DNA of 64,000 nt, from NCBI GenBank assembly GCA_035524675.1, contig DATKOK010000147.1, positions 351 to 64,350 on the forward strand, in the 5' to 3' direction. Made by a program: the position numbers and the translations under genes. Origin of the DNA: Candidatus Methylomirabilota bacterium (GTDB lineage: Archaea; Thermoproteota; Bathyarchaeia; 40CM-2-53-6). Under the pieces are notes generated by a model that was not told the origin of the DNA, did not search any database, and worked only from the letters and a program-made list of their open reading frames with translations. The number at the start of each line of letters is the position of its first letter. Position 1 is the stretch's first letter. Positions 57,015 through 64,000 of this stretch are shown one piece after another.

Positions 57015-59873
57015 ATGAATAGCCAGGAATCGAACGCGTTCGAAATGCTTGCTAAGCCGGTGAGGGACGCCCTTCAAGCACGAGGATTTGCGTCACCAAC
57101 GGACCCACAGCTAAAAGCGATTCCTGAAATAATCGCCGGCAAGAACGTTCTCTTAATCTCGCCAACAGCTTCTGGTAAGACAGAGGCAGCAGTTCTGCCA
57201 GTATTTAGCATGTATATGACGAACCGCGGCGATGATCGCGGCATCAAGATTCTCTACGTTACACCTCTTCGCGCGCTTAACCGCGACATGCTAGAACGAT
57301 TTGAATGGTGGGCGGAACGATTGGATCTTAAGATTGCTGTTCGACATGGCGACACTGAAGTTAGAGAAAGAGCAACTCAGGCGAAGAATCCACCAGATAT
57401 GCTCATACTGACTCCTGAGACGTTACAGGCAATCCTAACGGGGCGAATAATGAAGCAACACCTTCGCGCCGTGAAGTACGTGATAGTCGACGAAGTTCAC
57501 GAATTGGCTGAAGATAAGCGAGGAAGCCAATTGGCAATCGCACTGGAACGATTGAGGTGGGCTGCGATGCATGACTTCCAAATGATTGGTCTCTCAGCAA
57601 CTATAGGATCGCCTGACAAGGTTGCCAAATTTCTTGTCGGAACAAGTCGCGAGTTCACAATCATCCATGTTCCCGTGGGCAGACAGGTACGAATTGAAGT
57701 AGTTCGCCCTGAACCTGAAGCAAGAGACTTGGATCTTTCCATGCAGCTCTACACTCATCCAGATGTAGCGGCTCGCCTAAGGCTAATGCGGGATCTCATA
57801 GAAACTCATCGCTCGGTATTACTGTTCACAAACACCCGCGCAGTTGCTGAAATCCTCACTAGCAGACTGAAAGTATGGGATGTTGATTTTCCTATCTCAA
57901 TTCATCATGGTTCCCTGGCGAGGCCCTCTCGCATAAGTGCTGAGCGGGGACTGAAGGACGGGCAACTGAAGGGGCTCATAGCCACGTCCTCTTTGGAGCT
58001 AGGCATTGACGTTGGAAATGTGGATTTCGTTATTCAGTATATGAGCCCGCGACAAGTTTCGCGCCTCATCCAGCGTATCGGTCGAAGCGGGCACCGAATC
58101 GGCAGATTGGCAGATGGGATTATTATAGCAATGGACTCTGATGATACATTAGAATCGTTGGTCATTGCGAGACGGGCATTAGAGGAAACACTCGAACAAG
58201 TCTCGGTTCCGGAAAAGCCACTCGACGTGTTGGCGCATCAAATCGTCGGCCTCTTGATCCAGAAAGGTCGCTGGTACATAAATGAAATCTTGGAGATCGT
58301 CACAAAGGCCTTTCCTTATCGGAATCTCACAGAACAGGACGTTGCTGCTATACTGAATTACATGCACTCGCGTTTCCCTAGACTGGCTTGGTATTCTGAA
58401 GAGGACACACTGGCTCTTCGACCGAGAAATCTGAAAGCCCTCTACTCATATTACTTCGGAAAACTTTCGATGATTCCTGATGAGAGACAATATCTGATAA
58501 TAGACCAATCAAATGATGAAGCTGTCGGCGTCTTGGACGAGGCCTTCGTAGCAGAATACGCCGAGCCAGGCCGCAAATTCATCGTGCGAGGAAGCCCTTG
58601 GCGGATGGTCAGCATAAGAGCGGACAAGATCTACGTGCGACCCATCAGAGATCCGACAGGTTCTATTCCGAGTTGGGTGGGCGAGGAGATACCTGTACCA
58701 TTCGAGGTAGCACAGGAGGTTGGGGCGATAAGGAGGAAAGTTGAAACTGCGTTGGGGTCAGGAATAACTGAAGTGTCGCTCCTCGATGAACTCTCCCAAT
58801 TATATCCCGCATCGACTCGGACGATCCAAAATTCATTGTCCGAGACATTAGATCAAGCGCGACAGGGGCTCGTTCTCCCAACGGACAAGCGAATTGTACT
58901 AGAAGATTGGGAAGACTTCGTAATCGTCAACGCGCATTTTGGGCTCCTGGTCAACCGCACTCTCGCACGATTAATAGGACATGTGCTCTCCGAAGACATT
59001 GGTACAACGATCGGAGTCCAACAAGATGCGTACCGAATCGTAATCCAAACAACAGGGGCCGCAAACGCTTTCAAAGTAGCCCAGGTGCTGCAACAATTAT
59101 CTGGAATGGAGTTAGAGAGCGTAATACGCGAAGCGTCCAAAAAGAGTGGAATGTTCAAGAGACGCCTTGTCCATGTCGCAAAGAGATTCGGCGCGATAAC
59201 TCGATACGCAGAATTTCAGAGTGTTAAGCTTCGCCAAGTAATGAAGAGCTTTGAAGGAACGGTGATCATGGAGGAAGCGTTCAAGGAGACTTTGGAAAAG
59301 GATTTGGATCTGAAGAATACGAAACTGATCTTGAACCAACTGGGGCGTGATATTGAAGTATCGTTCTCTCCATCCGCGAGAGATCCTACACCTATCGCCA
59401 GGATCGGTATCGAAAGAATCAGTCGAAAGACTGATCTCATTCCTCCTGACAAAATGAAACGCATCCTAATCGAATCAACTAAAGTAAGAATACTAAACGA
59501 ATCTAGACTACTTGCATGTCCTTCCTGCCTAAACTATGCCAGAATTGTCTCAGTCAAGGACATGCCTGAGACCTTCGAATGTCCAAAGTGCAAGAACCCA
59601 TTAGGCATGAGCGCTGACACTCCCGACTCAATAGAGAAGATCCGTAAGAAACGTACCCTCTCGGAGTCTGAGAAACGAACCGTTGACGCTCTGAAAGCGT
59701 CGAGTCTGCTGATCAGGAAAAACGGTAAGATCGTTGCCTATATCCTGGCTGGAAGAAGGCTCAGTGTAGCCGATGCTCGAGCTGTGCTGAGACGAACACA
59801 CCGTGTATCAGACCGACTATTTGAGCAGATCATGGAGCAGGAGAAGAAGGCACTCAGGCGTCGATTCTGGTAG
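57015..59873 (+). CDS. Lhr-like large DExH-box ATP-dependent helicase with a C-terminal zinc ribbon
   Basis: LISPTASGKTEAAVLP (motif I), VDEVHE (motif II), LSAT, HHGSL, QRIGRSGH (motif VI). C-terminal CPSC...CPKC. Confidence 0.85.
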   Translation: MNSQESNAFEMLAKPVRDALQARGFASPTDPQLKAIPEIIAGKNVLLISPTASGKTEAAVLPVFSMYMTNRGDDRGIKILYVTPLRALNRDMLERFEWWAERLDLKIAVRHGDTEVRERATQAKNPPDMLILTPETLQAILTGRIMKQHLRAVKYVIVDEVHELAEDKRGSQLAIALERLRWAAMHDFQMIGLSATIGSPDKVAKFLVGTSREFTIIHVPVGRQVRIEVVRPEPEARDLDLSMQLYTHPDVAARLRLMRDLIETHRSVLLFTNTRAVAEILTSRLKVWDVDFPISIHHGSLARPSRISAERGLKDGQLKGLIATSSLELGIDVGNVDFVIQYMSPRQVSRLIQRIGRSGHRIGRLADGIIIAMDSDDTLESLVIARRALEETLEQVSVPEKPLDVLAHQIVGLLIQKGRWYINEILEIVTKAFPYRNLTEQDVAAILNYMHSRFPRLAWYSEEDTLALRPRNLKALYSYYFGKLSMIPDERQYLIIDQSNDEAVGVLDEAFVAEYAEPGRKFIVRGSPWRMVSIRADKIYVRPIRDPTGSIPSWVGEEIPVPFEVAQEVGAIRRKVETALGSGITEVSLLDELSQLYPASTRTIQNSLSETLDQARQGLVLPTDKRIVLEDWEDFVIVNAHFGLLVNRTLARLIGHVLSEDIGTTIGVQQDAYRIVIQTTGAANAFKVAQVLQQLSGMELESVIREASKKSGMFKRRLVHVAKRFGAITRYAEFQSVKLRQVMKSFEGTVIMEEAFKETLEKDLDLKNTKLILNQLGRDIEVSFSPSARDPTPIARIGIERISRKTDLIPPDKMKRILIESTKVRILNESRLLACPSCLNYARIVSVKDMPETFECPKCKNPLGMSADTPDSIEKIRKKRTLSESEKRTVDALKASSLLIRKNGKIVAYILAGRRLSVADARAVLRRTHRVSDRLFEQIMEQEKKALRRRFW

Positions 59874-60078
59874 TGTTACCCGCGGATCCGTAATGACGAT
59901 AAGCCCGATTCTGCAATCATTGATCGGGCGATGAAGAAAGCTGGTATTGGAGTAATATGTGATCGAAGAAACCAGATCTGAGCCCAAAAACGCTCTACGA
60001 TAAGAGGATTTTGTGAGAGATCTTAAATACCGACCCCTGTTTGATTGGTTCACCGAAATTTGGAGGAAAATGTAAGAA

Positions 60079-61794
60079 ATGTCAAATGAAAGTAAACCTA
60101 AAGGCAAAACTAGCACATACATCGCCGCCGTCGTCCTAATAATCATAATTTTGGCGGGCGTCGGTTACTACTATTACAACACAACGACAATGGCTCCAAC
60201 AACCACAACGTCAATGGAGAGTACTATGGTTCCAACAACAACTGCTGCACCCCTCTACAAGGACACCATTGTTGTAGGCACAACCGACTCGGTACAAACC
60301 ACAATCGATCCAGCAGATGCGTACGACTACTTCGGCATCAACATAATAGAGAACGTTGGCGCTCCGCTCGTTGACTATAGGCCTGGAACAACACAAATCG
60401 TTCCAGCTCTTGCAACCGACTGGTCCGTCAGCCCTGATGGGCTAACTTGGACCTTCAACCTGAGACAAGGAGTAACTTTCCCTGATGGAACTGCTTTCAA
60501 TGCTAACGTAGTGAAGTATACAATGGATCGAGAGTTCGCCATTGATGAACCAGAGGGACCATTCGCCGGCATTGGAGCGGACACAATCGTCAACAAGACT
60601 GTTGTCACTGGAACATATCAAGTCCAATTCGTGTTGAACGAACCGTTCTCAGCTTTCTTAGCCCAAGTAGCGTTCACCCCATTTTACCCCGTCAATCCCA
60701 ACGTGGCACCCACGCCAATGACTAAATGTGGTGACACATGTGGAATCGTAAACTATACAGGTACAGTAGCTACTGAGAACCCAACTGGCTTAGGTCCATA
60801 CCTTATCAGTAACTGGCAACGAACGGCAGGAAAAGACGTCGAAATCGACCTAACTGCAAACCCCCACTACTGGAACGCCTCGGGCGGTCTACCTTTGACC
60901 AAGAATATTATCATAAAGTTCTACACCGACTCGACTTCGCTCAACCTTGCGATGCAGAGCGGAGCAATCGATATTGCATACCGTCAACTCGCGCCCGCCG
61001 ATATTCAAGCCTTCGAGTCAAATACTAACGTCAAAGTCTGGAAAGGACCGGGTCAGTTCATTCAGTATCTGTGCTTCAACGAGGCATCGGCTCCGTTCAA
61101 CAACGTTGCTGTGAGACAAGCAGTTGCAGCAGCAATTGACAGGTCACTCATTACGAATACCGTGTTCTTGGGACAAGCAGATCCACTCTACAGTATGATC
61201 CCTGCTGGAATGTCCTACCATAATGATGCGTTCAAGTACTATGGTGATGGCAACATAACTGCAGCTCAAGCATATCTTCAGAGCGCGGGCTACAGCACTT
61301 CGAATCCATTGAAGTTCACTCTGACCTATCCAACGGGACACTATTCATCAACAGACGGGATAGCCTCAGCGCTCAAACAGGCACTGGAGAAGACTGGTAT
61401 GATCCAAGTAACACTCGCCAACGAGCCATGGCCTAACTACAAAGCCAGCACATCAGCTGACCAGCATCAAGCCTACATCTACGGATGGTACCCCGACTAC
61501 GTAGACCCATATGATTACACCTATCCTTTCCTACCGCCTGATGGAATCGGATTTCTGCACACTCACTACGTAAGTCCCACGATGAACCAGCTTCTACACC
61601 AAGCAGCGTCCGCGACCGACACAACTACGCTAGGAAACACATACGCGCAAGTCCAACAGTTACTCGTCACTGACGTACCTATAGTGCCGCTCTTCCAGGG
61701 AACAACGATCTGTGTAAGTAACCTGAAAGTTGGCGGAATTGTTCTAGACCCAACAACAATCTTCAGGTACTACCTGCTCTGGGAAAGCCCGTAA
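60079..61794 (+). CDS. ABC transporter substrate-binding protein, family 5 (peptide/nickel, DppA/OppA-like)
   Basis: N-terminal TM anchor, Thr-rich linker (TTTMAPTTTTS...TTTAAP), then SBP-5 pattern (VVGTTDSVQTTIDPADAY..., WNASGGLP). Confidence 0.85.
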   Translation: MSNESKPKGKTSTYIAAVVLIIIILAGVGYYYYNTTTMAPTTTTSMESTMVPTTTAAPLYKDTIVVGTTDSVQTTIDPADAYDYFGINIIENVGAPLVDYRPGTTQIVPALATDWSVSPDGLTWTFNLRQGVTFPDGTAFNANVVKYTMDREFAIDEPEGPFAGIGADTIVNKTVVTGTYQVQFVLNEPFSAFLAQVAFTPFYPVNPNVAPTPMTKCGDTCGIVNYTGTVATENPTGLGPYLISNWQRTAGKDVEIDLTANPHYWNASGGLPLTKNIIIKFYTDSTSLNLAMQSGAIDIAYRQLAPADIQAFESNTNVKVWKGPGQFIQYLCFNEASAPFNNVAVRQAVAAAIDRSLITNTVFLGQADPLYSMIPAGMSYHNDAFKYYGDGNITAAQAYLQSAGYSTSNPLKFTLTYPTGHYSSTDGIASALKQALEKTGMIQVTLANEPWPNYKASTSADQHQAYIYGWYPDYVDPYDYTYPFLPPDGIGFLHTHYVSPTMNQLLHQAASATDTTTLGNTYAQVQQLLVTDVPIVPLFQGTTICVSNLKVGGIVLDPTTIFRYYLLWESP

Positions 61795-61812
61795 GTAAAT
61801 TACAATGAGGAG

Positions 61813-61856
61813 GTTACCCGGGTAACTTTAAAACCCGGCCTCTCTCTCCCCTTTTT
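61813..61856 (+). terminator. Perfect 14-bp palindrome GTTACCCGGGTAAC followed by a C-rich tract and T5, between the SBP and permease genes
   Basis: Read directly: ggttacccgggtaactttaaaacccggcctctctctcccctttttGTG. A candidate partial terminator/attenuator that would set the SBP:permease ratio. Confidence 0.35.
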
Positions 61857-62888
61857 GTGGGCTTAAGAGATTACGTCGTGACTAGGATACTTCTCACGAT
61901 TCCAATGATTATGATTCTTCTGACAATCGTTTTCATAGTTATGCGAGTGTTGCCCGGAAATCCCGTCCTGTTAAAATTCGAAAAAAATACGGATCCTGCC
62001 CTGCTCGCCCAGTATACGCATGCGCTTGGCTTAGACAAGCCACTCTACGTCCAGTATTTTGATTACCTGTGGGGATTGCTGCACGGTGACCTTGGATTGT
62101 CAATGGCCGGAGCGTTCGAACCGGTTGGGCCCCAGATACTGTCCAGATTTCCAGCTACACTCGAATTGACCAGCTACTCGTTCATCGTTGCCGTAATTGT
62201 AGGAGTACTCCTTGGAGCGCTGGGAGCACGAAAGACTGGAGCCACTGACGATTCTGTGAAAGTGTTCGGGATCCTCATCTATGCATTCCCAGTTTTCTTT
62301 TTGGGAATGATACTCCAATTGATCTTCGGGGTATGGTTTCGCATATTGCCCGTATCTGGACGGCTAGATCCGGGAGTGATACCAACATACCTATCGTTTG
62401 GCGGACATTCACTCCAAACAGGCATCTTAACCCTTGACAGTCTACTCTCTGGGAATCTCCCTGAATTCGTTGATGCGGTAAGACACCTCATACTTCCCGC
62501 TACTGCTCTTGGATTGGTCATCTCAGGAATCTTCGTACGAATGACGAGAGCGAATATGATGGAAACAATGCGAGCGGACTTTGTAACCGCTGCAAGAGCT
62601 AGAGGCCTCAAAGAGAGGACCGTTGTGTACTCTTACGCTCTAAGGAATGCCTTACTGCCCATAGTCACAATTATGGGACTGCAATTCGCCCTTTTGCTTA
62701 GTGGCGCTATCTTAACCGAAACAGAGTTCAGTATTCTCGGACTAGGCTCGTATCTCGTTGACAGAATTAACTTCAGAGACTACACAGCAGTTCAGGGCAC
62801 CGTTGTTTTCCTCGCTCTAGTGATCTCATCAGTCAGTCTCATAGTAGATATTCTATATGCATATCTTGATCCAAGGGTTCGGCTATGA
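61857..62888 (+). CDS. ABC transporter permease (DppB/OppB-like)
   Basis: YVVTRILLTIPMIMILLTIVFIVMRVLPGNP N-terminus and an EAA-like loop. GTG start. Confidence 0.88.
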   Translation: MGLRDYVVTRILLTIPMIMILLTIVFIVMRVLPGNPVLLKFEKNTDPALLAQYTHALGLDKPLYVQYFDYLWGLLHGDLGLSMAGAFEPVGPQILSRFPATLELTSYSFIVAVIVGVLLGALGARKTGATDDSVKVFGILIYAFPVFFLGMILQLIFGVWFRILPVSGRLDPGVIPTYLSFGGHSLQTGILTLDSLLSGNLPEFVDAVRHLILPATALGLVISGIFVRMTRANMMETMRADFVTAARARGLKERTVVYSYALRNALLPIVTIMGLQFALLLSGAILTETEFSILGLGSYLVDRINFRDYTAVQGTVVFLALVISSVSLIVDILYAYLDPRVRL

Positions 62889-63769
62889 CAATTACTCAGC
62901 GGACGAGGGTCGAGCCACAGTCACAACTAGCCAAACTAATGTCTCCCATCTTCGGCAAAGGATATGGAAGGGGGCTAATGCTAGTAGGCCTATGCATCAC
63001 GATTTTCCTTACTGTAATGAGTATTCTCGCCCCATTTATCGCTCCACATGATCCGACAACGATCGGTCTTGGACCACCCAACTCGGCCCCAAGCGCAGTT
63101 TTCCCATTGGGAACAGATCAGTATGGAAGGGACATGCTGAGTAGGATCATTTGGGGAGGGCGATTCATACTCCTTGTCGCAGTCGCTGCCGTCGCAATCT
63201 GTCTTCTGATTGGTTTGCCCATAGGTCTCGTGTCTGCGTATGCCGGGGGGAACGTAGACAGGACGGTCGCCTTGGTCATGGACAGTATCTATGCATTTCC
63301 AAGCCTTGTCCTAGCGATAATGATCATCAGCGTATTCGGCGTGACCATAATCAATGAGGCGTTGGCCATCGCAGTTGTTTACATCCCAAGCTATTTCAGA
63401 GTAGTGAGAAGCCAAGTTCTATCGATCAAGGAGATGCCCTACGTCGACGCAGCAAAGTCGGCTGGTGCAGGCACCCCTTCAGTTCTTCTAAGGTACATCT
63501 GGCCGAACGTCACCGCGTCGGTTGTGGTGGTTGCCACAGTAAACTTTGCTGACTCAATTCTAACTACGGCTGGATTAGACTTCATAGGACTCGGCCTTCC
63601 TGTGACATTGCCTGACTGGGGAATAGACCTGACCTACGGTCGCCAAGCTTTACCGCTCGGCGTCTGGTGGACAATCGTCTTCTCCGGAGGAATGATCCTC
63701 CTGGCCGCTTTAGGCTTCTCGCTAATCAGCGAGGGCTATGCAGAAAGAGTGAATCCAAAGCTCAGGTGA
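62885..63769 (+). CDS. ABC transporter permease (DppC/OppC-like)
   Basis: PHDP...PLGTDQYGRDMLSRIIWG motif. 4-nt overlap with the upstream permease. Confidence 0.88.
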   Translation: MTITQRTRVEPQSQLAKLMSPIFGKGYGRGLMLVGLCITIFLTVMSILAPFIAPHDPTTIGLGPPNSAPSAVFPLGTDQYGRDMLSRIIWGGRFILLVAVAAVAICLLIGLPIGLVSAYAGGNVDRTVALVMDSIYAFPSLVLAIMIISVFGVTIINEALAIAVVYIPSYFRVVRSQVLSIKEMPYVDAAKSAGAGTPSVLLRYIWPNVTASVVVVATVNFADSILTTAGLDFIGLGLPVTLPDWGIDLTYGRQALPLGVWWTIVFSGGMILLAALGFSLISEGYAERVNPKLR

Positions 63770-63773
63770 ATTC

Positions 63774-64000
63774 TTGGACCAGCTGCTTCAAGTCGAATCA
63801 CTAACGGTAGAATATCGAACCGGCGATGCAATTGCGACTGCTGTGCAGGCTGTCTCACTCGATCTCAAACGAGGAGAAACCCTCGGCTTAGTGGGAGAAT
63901 CCGGCTCAGGAAAATCCACATTCGGCTTAGCAGTAATGGGATTGATCAGGCCACCGGGATATGTGACTGATGGGAAGCTGACATTCGATGGCACTGACAT
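63774..64000 (+). CDS. ABC transporter ATPase (DppD/OppD-like), 5' partial
   Basis: Frame open to the window end: (TTG)DQLLQVESLTVEYRTGDAIATAVQAVSLDLKRGETLGLVGESGSGKST (Walker A). Not listed in the supplied track because it has no stop. Confidence 0.85.
   Translation, partial: MDQLLQVESLTVEYRTGDAIATAVQAVSLDLKRGETLGLVGESGSGKSTFGLAVMGLIRPPGYVTDGKLTFDGTD

Noticed and set aside
59893-59981. Second C/D sRNA downstream of the helicase gene (ATGACGA ... ATGAAGA ... CTGA, the same heptamers as the 39.3-kb candidate)
   Set aside because: There is no terminal stem. The spacers of 16 and 40 nt are incompatible with C/D architecture. The putative guide is occupied by a perfect 7-bp hairpin (GCCCGAT/ATCGGGC), more likely a 3'-end structure.
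63788-64000. 70-aa minus-strand ORF at the window end
   Set aside because: It is antisense to an open plus-strand frame encoding a textbook ABC ATPase N-terminus with Walker A (GESGSGKST).

Overview
The window looks like a contiguous piece of an archaeal chromosome, probably TACK/Thermoproteota-like. Evidence for that: separate kae1 and bud32 genes, an MPRYK-type aEF-2 N-terminus, the exosome/proteasome/RNase P superoperon, and a tRNA with apparent non-canonical introns. About 75 tightly packed genes are present, mostly information processing: aEF-2, FEN-1, ATP-dependent DNA ligase, TFB, Gar1, IleRS, CysRS, Kae1/Bud32/Pcc1, RecJ/Cdc45-like DHH protein, proteasome alpha, SBDS, Rrp4/41/42, Rpp30/Pop5, aIF2-gamma, aIF5B, RpoE/Spt4, and r-proteins S15, S3Ae, L15e, L37Ae, S27ae, S24e, S6e, L7Ae, S28e, L24e. 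Metabolic and transport genes include an SQR-like flavoprotein with an MBL hydrolase, AhcY/MtaD, an ECF module, malic enzyme, F420-NADP reductase, IPK, a GlmU-like enzyme and a Dpp/Opp-type ABC transporter. I saw no rRNA, CRISPR array, transposase or integrase. Items most worth a second look: (1) the aEF-2 frame is broken by a 27-nt hairpin cassette containing a stop codon, placed exactly between the conserved N-terminal peptide and the P-loop strand, suggesting recoding, bypass or RNA-level excision; (2) a compact three-gene operon encodes a hingeless SMC protein with Smc5/Smc6-type head motifs, a kleisin-like protein and an Nse3/MAGE-like tandem winged-helix protein; (3) a 161-nt tRNA-Gly(CCC)-like gene appears to carry three introns, one of them in the acceptor stem; (4) a divergent TGT/DpdA-like protein retains the CxCxxC...H zinc motif; (5) a phased GGAAC/AACGTT palindrome array sits in a 700-bp intergenic region; (6) several ribosomal proteins have K/P/E/A-rich C-terminal tails. 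All functional calls rest on motif recognition by eye and on recalled family signatures. No database search was run.
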